This document shows positions 39,074 through 45,965 of a stretch of DNA of 64,000 nt, in pieces. The first letter of the stretch is position 1. Every line of letters begins with the position of its first letter. Under the pieces are notes generated by a model. That model saw only the letters and a program-made list of their open reading frames with translations, was not told where the DNA came from and ran no database searches. A program made the translations under genes and the position numbers. The stretch is from Gammaproteobacteria bacterium (GTDB taxonomy: Bacteria > Pseudomonadota > Gammaproteobacteria > Steroidobacterales > Rariloculaceae), in NCBI GenBank assembly GCA_035513215.1, contig DATKCK010000029.1:1075-65074 (forward strand). Direction: 5' to 3'.

Positions 39074-41482
39074 GTGGGCTCGAGTTCTTTGCGTTGGGCG
39101 GCGTTCGCGTGGGCTTTGTTGCTCGCTGCGGCTCCCGCCGTAGCGGATCCGGTGATCGTGAGCGTTCCGCGTCTTTTCGTGAACGAAGGCGAATCGTACT
39201 CGTACACGATCGTCGTTCGGGACGACGATGACGACGACGACGACGATGACGACGATGACGATGACGACGACGATGACAGGCGTCGATACCGAATCAGCGT
39301 GACTTCCAAGCTGCCGCAGTGGCTCGCATTCGACGGCGACGACACGCTTTCGGGCACGCCCGGCGCGCAGGACTCGGGCAAGTATCGAATCTCGATCGAG
39401 GCAAGGCAAGGTCGCGACAAGGATACGCAGGACTTCACGATCACGGTACGGGACGTCGCGCCGACTCCTCCACCGCAGACGCCACCGCCTCAGCAACCGC
39501 CGCCACCGGCCCCGGCCCCACCGGCTCCGGCCCCACCGGCTCCGGCCCCACCGGCTCCGGCCCCACCGGCTCCGGCCCCACCGCCGCCAACGCCGCCACC
39601 GGCTTCGGCGCCACCAACGCTACCCTCGGCCGATCTCGCGGCCGCCATTGCGGTCTCACCGAATCCGACGCTCGCAGGCTCGCCCGCGAGGTGGACGTTG
39701 ACCGTGCGCAACGTTGGGGGCGCCTACGTCGCGAACATCGGTTTGCGCGCGCGGTTCTCGGGCATCGGGCCCCTTCAGCTCGAGCTCGTCTCTTCGCCGG
39801 CGTGCACGCTGCAACTACTAGGCAACGAGGCTGAGCTTGACTGCCGCCTCGGGCCGCTGGCCGGCGGGCAGGCGCAGTCGATCGAAGTCCTCGGCGGCAG
39901 CCGCGAGGCCGGCGAAGTTCTCGGCGTCGCCACGGTATCGATCGCCGACGCGGCGCCGCTCGATGGCGTGCTCGGCAACAACGAGGCGCGCGCATTGTTG
40001 ACGGTCGCCATGCAGTTGAGCAGCGGTCCCGCGCAACAGCTCCACGCGCCGGGCGGCACGGCATTGGCGGCCGGGGACCTTAACGGCGACGGTCTCGAGG
40101 ACATTGCCGTTGCGACGCGCTTCGGCGAGCGCACGTTGATCTTTTTGAACGGCCGCGATCCGAACGACGAGAACAAGCGCGCGTTCGCGCCGACGCCGCT
40201 GCGTTTCGGTACATCCGCGAACGGCAACGACATTGCCGCCGCCGATCTCGACGGGGACGGCCACCTCGATCTCGTCGTCGCGAACGCCAACGCCGACAAT
40301 CACATCCTCATCAATGACGGCAGTGGCGGGTTCGCGGTGATCGCACTGAGCGGCAGCTCGGCGTCGAGCAACGCCGTGGCACTCGGGGACGTCAATGGCG
40401 ACGGGCTCGTCGACATCGTGTTCGCGAATGCTGGCGCCAACACGGTATACCTCAATCAGGGCGGGAGGACGTTCGTGCGCGGCGCGAGTCTCGGCCAGGC
40501 GCAGGCCAACAGTGTCGATGTCGCGATCGTGGACTTGCTCGGCGATGCTCTGCCCGAGCTCGTGTTCGCGAACCCGGTCGGCGATGCCGCCGTGTACCAG
40601 AGCTCGGGAGGGAGCATCGTGCTCGCTGCTCCGCTGTCGACGGGCCCGACGACCGCGGTTTCCTCCGCGGACTTCGACGGCGACGGGCGCCTCGATCTCG
40701 TCTTCGCACGAAGCGCCGGCGCGGCGCGTGCGGCCTCGAATCTCGTCTACTTGAATCGCTCCACGGCGGTGCCTGTGTTCCTGCTTGCCGATGAGCTCGG
40801 CGGTTCCTCGACCGTCGACGTCGTCGCGGACGACGTCGATCTCGATGGTCTGGATGACGTCGTCGCGATCAACGCCGTCGGGAGCCACCAGCTCTACAAG
40901 AACAGCTCGCTCGGCGGCAGCATTGCGTTCCTGCTGCATCCCGAGCAGTTCGGGGGCGGCGGCGCCGCGGCCTCGGTGGCCGGCAAATTCAATCCAGACG
41001 AGCGCGTCGACATCGCGATCGTCGGCGCCGACCGGATTTCGATCTTCTTCAACGACGGTCGCGGCAATCTCGGCCCCGGCGACGTCGATGCGCCGACGCT
41101 AACGCTCGTGGGTACGCCATCGGTCGCATTTCCGGTCGGCACGCCCTACGTAGACAAGGGTGCGACCGCGATGGATGTCATCGACGGGGACCTGACCGCC
41201 GCGATCGAGGTCGACAATCCCGTCGACGCGAACGTCATCGGCACGTATACCGTTCGCTACGGCGTCGTCGACAGCTCCGGCAACGCGGCCTCGGCAGTCC
41301 ACCGTACCGTCCAGGTGGAGGCGCGTGGCGGTTCCGGCGGCGGCGGTGGCGGAGCGGTTTCGATCGAAATGCTGCTGCTGTTGCTCGCAGCCGCGTCGCT
41401 ACGCCGAGGTCTCGTCCGGGATTGGGCGCAGTGCCGGCACCTGCCAAGGCCCGTTTTTCCGGGATCGCCTAGCGAGATCTGA
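39074..41482 (+). CDS. large secreted FG-GAP/VCBS beta-propeller protein with Ig-like domains and GlyGly-CTERM-like tail
   Basis: 802 aa. Signal peptide; He_PIG/cadherin-like Ig domain interrupted by 19 Asp; Pro/Ala linker; CARDB/DUF11-like domain; seven D-x-[ND]-G-D-G-x-x-D FG-GAP repeats; DUF5011-like Ig domain; and GGSGGGGGGAVSIEMLLLLLAAASLRRG. Confidence 0.8.
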   Translation: MGSSSLRWAAFAWALLLAAAPAVADPVIVSVPRLFVNEGESYSYTIVVRDDDDDDDDDDDDDDDDDDDRRRYRISVTSKLPQWLAFDGDDTLSGTPGAQDSGKYRISIEARQGRDKDTQDFTITVRDVAPTPPPQTPPPQQPPPPAPAPPAPAPPAPAPPAPAPPAPAPPPPTPPPASAPPTLPSADLAAAIAVSPNPTLAGSPARWTLTVRNVGGAYVANIGLRARFSGIGPLQLELVSSPACTLQLLGNEAELDCRLGPLAGGQAQSIEVLGGSREAGEVLGVATVSIADAAPLDGVLGNNEARALLTVAMQLSSGPAQQLHAPGGTALAAGDLNGDGLEDIAVATRFGERTLIFLNGRDPNDENKRAFAPTPLRFGTSANGNDIAAADLDGDGHLDLVVANANADNHILINDGSGGFAVIALSGSSASSNAVALGDVNGDGLVDIVFANAGANTVYLNQGGRTFVRGASLGQAQANSVDVAIVDLLGDALPELVFANPVGDAAVYQSSGGSIVLAAPLSTGPTTAVSSADFDGDGRLDLVFARSAGAARAASNLVYLNRSTAVPVFLLADELGGSSTVDVVADDVDLDGLDDVVAINAVGSHQLYKNSSLGGSIAFLLHPEQFGGGGAAASVAGKFNPDERVDIAIVGADRISIFFNDGRGNLGPGDVDAPTLTLVGTPSVAFPVGTPYVDKGATAMDVIDGDLTAAIEVDNPVDANVIGTYTVRYGVVDSSGNAASAVHRTVQVEARGGSGGGGGGAVSIEMLLLLLAAASLRRGLVRDWAQCRHLPRPVFPGSPSEI
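39221..39277 (+). repeat. (GAC/GAT)19 trinucleotide tract encoding 19 consecutive Asp
   Basis: Read directly from the sequence, in frame with CDS 39074..41482. Confidence 0.9.
39503..39577 (+). repeat. 15-bp tandem repeat CCACCGGCTCCGGCC x5 (4 identical, 1 variant) encoding (PPAPA)n
   Basis: Read directly from the sequence, in frame with CDS 39074..41482. Confidence 0.85.
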
Positions 41483-41549
41483 GCAAGCTGCTGATCAGTA
41501 ATCCTGCGGTAACCGCGATTCCGAGCGAGGCGATGGGGTGATCGCGCAT
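41469..41549 (-). pseudogene. 3'-terminal remnant of a DUF883/ElaB/YqjD-family membrane-anchored protein
   Basis: The minus strand reads (SREY)MRDHPIASLGIAVTAGLLISSLLRSR*. This matches the conserved C-terminal anchor of the ElaB family (…YVRENPWQGIGVGAAVGLVLGLLLARR, from memory). The frame is closed by a TGA at 41565-41567, so more than 70% of the gene is missing. Confidence 0.55.
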
Positions 41550-41627
41550 ATACTCGCGCGAGTGTCACCCGCATGTGCGTCAGGAATCCCGCGCACCACC
41601 ACAACCACGACGAAGCGAAATCACCGC

Positions 41628-42380
41628 ATGGAACCGACCGCACTCGAACGTCCCGCCGGCCGCATTCAATCGCCGCTGTGGGGTATTCTGGCCAGCATCC
41701 TGTTCGTCGCCGCTATCGTCGGTGTACTGGTCTATTTCGGCGCCCACGAGCAGATCCTGCGCCTGCTGGAGTGGTTCGACGCCCAGGGGGCGTGGGTGTC
41801 GCTGCTGTTCATCCTGCTCATGGCGGCGGTGGTGGTGCTGGTACTGCCGGGTGTGCTGTTCACCACCGGCGCCGGTTTCGTGTTCGGCGTCATGGAGGGT
41901 TCCATCTATGTGGTGACCGGCACCACCCTGGGGGCGGTGCTGGCCTTCCTCATCGCCCGCTACCTGTTCGGGCAGCGCGCGCGGCGGTTCGTCATGGCCC
42001 GGTCAAAACTCCGCGTGGTCAGCGAGGAGCTCACACCGCATGGATGGAAGATCGTGCTGCTGACACGCCTGATCCCGTTCTTCCCCAGCAAGATCGCCAA
42101 CTATTTTTTCGGGCTGACCCCGTTCTCGCTGCGCGGTTACGCTGCCGGCTCGCTGCTGGGTTTCATCCCCTTCTCGGTGCACAACGTCTATCTCGGCTCC
42201 ATCGTCGCCGACCTCTCCACGCTGGGCGCGCGCGACCAGGGCCGTTCTCCACTGGAATGGACCCTCTACGGCGCCGGCTTCGTGGCCACCGTGGTCGCGG
42301 TCGTCTACCTCAACCGTCTGGCGCGTCGCGCGCTGGCCCGCTATACGGACGCAGGCACGATCGACGAGAATCAACCGTGA
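41628..42380 (+). CDS. TVP38/TMEM64-family (DedA superfamily, SNARE_assoc) membrane protein
   Basis: Start trimmed to MEPTALERPAG. 250 aa. …VLPGVLFTTGAGFVFG… and …LTRLIPFFPSKIANYFFGLT… are typical family motifs. Confidence 0.85.
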   Translation: MEPTALERPAGRIQSPLWGILASILFVAAIVGVLVYFGAHEQILRLLEWFDAQGAWVSLLFILLMAAVVVLVLPGVLFTTGAGFVFGVMEGSIYVVTGTTLGAVLAFLIARYLFGQRARRFVMARSKLRVVSEELTPHGWKIVLLTRLIPFFPSKIANYFFGLTPFSLRGYAAGSLLGFIPFSVHNVYLGSIVADLSTLGARDQGRSPLEWTLYGAGFVATVVAVVYLNRLARRALARYTDAGTIDENQP

Positions 42381-44626
42381 GCTGGATGACGTGGCTGCCC
42401 TGGCGTTTTGTCATTCGCTATATCGCGCGTAAGCAAGGCTTCCTGGATCCCATCGCCCTGTTGGCGCGTCTGCACAGATTTGCCCAACCGTCCGAGGTCG
42501 GTGAACCCATCGAGCTGCTACGCGCCGGCGTGGTGTTTCACGCCCGCGGCCTGAACAACAGCCGCGTCATCCAGCACAACCTGGACTGGGTCTGGCCCTA
42601 CTGGATCGAACGCCAGTTCGATCCGCATGATGTGTCGTTCATCCCGCGCGCCTTTTCCATCACCCACATCAATCTCACGCACCGCAACTGGACCGCGCTC
42701 GGCTATCCGGATTGCCCGGAACTACCGATCGTCGATCCCCGCGGCCTGCTCACACCCATCCTCGATGGCTGGTCGCTGGACGGCTGGCTGCTGGCCGAGG
42801 ACGGCCGCTGCCTGCTGCCCTCGCGGGCCGCCGATTGCCGGCAGCGTCAGGACATGGACCCCGGCGTGCGCATCACCACCGACACAGAAATGGGTGGCCT
42901 GGCCCTGAGCAGCAGCGCCTGGGTGCAGCTCGAATCGGGTGTCCCGGTGTGCAAGCTGCGCCTGCAGGCGCACTCCGACACGCAAGCCTGGCTGGTGCTG
43001 GCGCTACGTCCGTACAACCCGGAGGGCATCAGCTTCATTCATCAGGTCAGCCTGTCGAGTGACCGCAGGGCCTGGCTCGTCGACGATACCCAGCGCGTCG
43101 ACTTCAGCCGCCCCGCCGCGCGGCATCATGCCACTGATTACCGTCACGGGGACGTGTACATACATCTCGAGGATCTCGACGATCAGACCGGCGGCGGCTG
43201 CGACGTGGGCATGGTCACCGCGGCGGCGCTGTTTTCGGTCGCGGCCGGTGAAGCCACGGAGATCACCGCCAGCATCCCGCTCACGGACACACCCGGCCTG
43301 CTCGCCGCCGACGCCTGGAACGCCGCGCAACGCGGGCGCTGCACACTCACTTGCCCGGAGCCGCGTTACCAGTTTCTGTTTGATGCCGCAGTCGCCTCGC
43401 TGATTCTGCATTCACCGGACGACGTCTATCCCGGCCCCTTCACCTACAAGCGCTTCTGGTTTCGCGACGCCGCCTTCATCATCCATGCGCTGCTGTGCGT
43501 CGGCCTCACCGGACGAGCCGAACGCGCGCTGGCGCGCTTCCCGGAACGGCTGACGGCGCTCGGCTATTTCCGCTCCCAGGAAGGCGAGTGGGATGCCAAC
43601 GGCGAAGTGTTGTGGATCCTGCAGCGCTTCTACGCCCTGACCGGAAGGACGGCCTCGTCCGACTGGAATGGGACCATCCAGCGCGGCGCCCGCTGGATCG
43701 TACGCAAGCGCCTCGCCGACGATCTGGATGCGCCCCACGCCGGACTGCTGCCAGCTGGTTTCAGCGCCGAGCACCTGGGCCCTAACGATTACTATTACTG
43801 GGATGATTTCTGGGGCATCGCCGGTCTGCGTGCGGCGGCAGTCATGCTCGCGGATGCGGACCCCGTACACAGCGCGGAATTCGCGCAAGCGGCGGATGAT
43901 TTCGCGGCGGCGGTGCAACGCAGCCTGGCAGCTTGCACGCACCGCCTCGGTCGTCCCGCCATGCCGGCCTCGCCTTATCGCCGTCTGGATGCCGGCGCCA
44001 TCGGCTCGCTGGCGTTCGGCTATCCGGTGCAACTGTGCGCAGCGGACGATCCCCGACTGCTCGATTGCGTCGAGTTCCTGCTCGAGCGCTGTTTTGTGAA
44101 TGGCGCGTTTTACCAGGATATGATCCACTCCGGCCTCAACGCCTACCTGACCCTGCACGTCGCCCAGATCCTGTTACGCGCCAATGACCCGCGCCACCTC
44201 GAACTGATGGACACCGTCGCCGCCCTGGCATCGCCGACCGGCCACTGGCCGGAGGCGATCCATCCGCGCACCGGAGGTGGCTGCATGGGCGACGGTCACC
44301 ATGTGTGGGCTGCCGCCGATTGGGTGCTGATGCTGCGCAACTGTTTCGTGCGCGAGGAAGGCGAACGTCTCATCCTGTGCGCGGGCATCCCGCCGCGCTG
44401 GCTCGAGCACGGCACGCCGATCCGTTTCGGACCCGCGCCGACGGCCTTCGGCGCGGTGTCGATCGAGATCAAAGAGCACCCCGCGTCCGCGCTACGCATC
44501 ACATGGCGTGGCGATTGGCATCACAGCGCACCGCCCCTCGAGGTGCGCCTGCCTGGATACAAGGTGGTTAGCGTCACTGATGACAGCACGACCGTGGTCC
44601 CGGACAAAAAGGAAACTGTTGCTTGA
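42377..44626 (+). CDS. uncharacterised glycoside-hydrolase-like protein with C-terminal GH15/GDE-type (alpha/alpha)6 domain
   Basis: The GTG at 42377 overlaps the upstream stop (GTGA); the ATG at 42386 is an alternative. 749 aa. …TYKRFWFRDAAFIIHAL…, …EWDANGEVLW…, …YYYWDDFWG… and …GHHVWAAADWV… resemble six-hairpin glucoamylase-like catalytic domains. The N-terminal half is unassigned. Confidence 0.7.
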   Translation: MSWMTWLPWRFVIRYIARKQGFLDPIALLARLHRFAQPSEVGEPIELLRAGVVFHARGLNNSRVIQHNLDWVWPYWIERQFDPHDVSFIPRAFSITHINLTHRNWTALGYPDCPELPIVDPRGLLTPILDGWSLDGWLLAEDGRCLLPSRAADCRQRQDMDPGVRITTDTEMGGLALSSSAWVQLESGVPVCKLRLQAHSDTQAWLVLALRPYNPEGISFIHQVSLSSDRRAWLVDDTQRVDFSRPAARHHATDYRHGDVYIHLEDLDDQTGGGCDVGMVTAAALFSVAAGEATEITASIPLTDTPGLLAADAWNAAQRGRCTLTCPEPRYQFLFDAAVASLILHSPDDVYPGPFTYKRFWFRDAAFIIHALLCVGLTGRAERALARFPERLTALGYFRSQEGEWDANGEVLWILQRFYALTGRTASSDWNGTIQRGARWIVRKRLADDLDAPHAGLLPAGFSAEHLGPNDYYYWDDFWGIAGLRAAAVMLADADPVHSAEFAQAADDFAAAVQRSLAACTHRLGRPAMPASPYRRLDAGAIGSLAFGYPVQLCAADDPRLLDCVEFLLERCFVNGAFYQDMIHSGLNAYLTLHVAQILLRANDPRHLELMDTVAALASPTGHWPEAIHPRTGGGCMGDGHHVWAAADWVLMLRNCFVREEGERLILCAGIPPRWLEHGTPIRFGPAPTAFGAVSIEIKEHPASALRITWRGDWHHSAPPLEVRLPGYKVVSVTDDSTTVVPDKKETVA

Positions 44627-45912
44627 ACATCCTGATCCTCACCAACACCTTCACGCCGCATGTGGGCGGCGTGGCGCGCTCGGTGGAGGCGTTCAGCGCG
44701 GAATACCGTAAACGCGGACACCGCGTACTGGTCGTGGCGCCCGAATTTCCCGACATGTCGCTGGATGAAGTCGACGTGGTGCGCATCAACGCGATCCAAA
44801 ATTTCAACGACAGTGACTTCTCGGTCGCGCTGCCGATACATCCACAGCTCACCGATTCCATCGACGCCTTCGGCGCCGACATCGTGCACTCCCAGCATCC
44901 CTTTCTGCTGGGTATCACTGCGCTGCGCCTGGCGCGCCACCGGGGACTGCCGCTGGTATTCACGCATCACACCCTGTATGACCAATATACGCACTATGTC
45001 CCCGGCGACTCGTCCGCCCTGAAACGTTTCGCGATCGAACTCGCCACCCGCTATGCTAATCTCTGCGATCAGGTCTTCGCCCCCAGCGAGAGCATCCAGG
45101 CGCTGTTGCAGCAACGCGGCGTCACCACGCCGATTGCCGTAGTGCCCACCGGCGTGCGCCTGGAAAATTTTGCACAGGGAGATGGACCGGCCTTTCGCAG
45201 GCAGATGGGCATTCCGGAAACTGCCTTCGTGGTCGGCCATCTGGGCCGCCTGGCGCCGGAAAAGAACCTGGAATTTCTGACTCAGGCGGTCGCTGATTTC
45301 ATCAACCGCAACAGCCGTGCGCATTTCGTCTTGATCGGCACCGGCCCGTCCGAAGACGCCATCCGGAGTACTTTTGCCCGCGCCGGCTTAGAATCGCAGT
45401 TACACATTGCCGGCATTCTGCAGCAGCAACCGTTGGCCGACGCCCTGCACGCGATGGACGTGTTCGCCTTCGCGTCCACGAGCGAGACTCAAGGCATGGT
45501 GCTGACGGAGGCCATGGCGGCCGGTCTGCCGGTCGTTGCCCTGGACGCTCCCGGCGCCCGTGAAGTAGTCAGCGACGGGCTCAACGGCCGCCTGCTGACG
45601 GAGGCATCGTCCGCGACCTTCGGCGCCGCCTTGGCGTGGGTGGCCGGACTGGCACCGGAGCAATTGCGCGACGTGCAACAAGCCGCACTCGCCACCGCCG
45701 CGGCCTTTTCAATACCCCGATCGGCGGACAAGTCCCTGGCCTGCTACGCAGCGCTCGAATCTAAATCGACTATTTTTGATGCGAACAGAGATGAGCATGG
45801 CTGGGAGGATGTCATGACATTTATAAAAACAGAGTGGAATATCCTGAAAACTATGGCCCGAGCGAGCGACGCGGCGCTCGGCACTCACCTGTTTCCCGAA
45901 CAGGAAGACTGA
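44623..45912 (+). CDS. GT4-family (GT-B, group 1) glycosyltransferase
   Basis: The TTG start overlaps the upstream stop (TTGA). 429 aa. N-terminal NILILTNTFTPHVGGVARSV and the E-x7-E region …STSETQGMVLTEAMAAGLPVV…. Confidence 0.9.
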   Translation: MNILILTNTFTPHVGGVARSVEAFSAEYRKRGHRVLVVAPEFPDMSLDEVDVVRINAIQNFNDSDFSVALPIHPQLTDSIDAFGADIVHSQHPFLLGITALRLARHRGLPLVFTHHTLYDQYTHYVPGDSSALKRFAIELATRYANLCDQVFAPSESIQALLQQRGVTTPIAVVPTGVRLENFAQGDGPAFRRQMGIPETAFVVGHLGRLAPEKNLEFLTQAVADFINRNSRAHFVLIGTGPSEDAIRSTFARAGLESQLHIAGILQQQPLADALHAMDVFAFASTSETQGMVLTEAMAAGLPVVALDAPGAREVVSDGLNGRLLTEASSATFGAALAWVAGLAPEQLRDVQQAALATAAAFSIPRSADKSLACYAALESKSTIFDANRDEHGWEDVMTFIKTEWNILKTMARASDAALGTHLFPEQED

Positions 45913-45965
45913 TGCTGCACATATACCATTCACCACCCACGGCCGCGGACGAGGCAGACTAGCCC

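Noticed and set aside
39503-39577. Regularly spaced short repeats that might suggest a CRISPR array (also the three REP hairpins)
   Set aside because: The 15-bp units are contiguous with no spacers, in frame, and encode a Pro/Ala linker. The REP copies are tens of kb apart. No cas genes are present.
41380-41482. PEP-CTERM or LPXTG-type sorting signal at the end of the FG-GAP protein
   Set aside because: There is no PEP or LPXTG motif. The Gly-run, hydrophobic helix and RR(G) arrangement fits GlyGly-CTERM better. The ~25 trailing residues keep even that assignment tentative.
41560-41580. Pho-box-like direct repeat (GTGTCAC-cccg-CATGTGCG) upstream of the TVP38 gene, which would fit a phosphate-starvation lipid-remodelling hypothesis
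   Set aside because: Only about 5/7 and 3/7 matches to the CTGTCAT consensus. This is too weak to call from sequence alone, and it is noted only as something to test.
41573-44626. 1017-aa ORF that would be the largest protein of the island
   Set aside because: Its first ~268 residues are an Arg/Pro/Gly-rich off-frame reading of the TVP38 gene (41628..42380), which has a clean membrane-protein translation. Sensible sequence begins only at VSWMTWLPWRF, so the start was moved to 42377 (or 42386).
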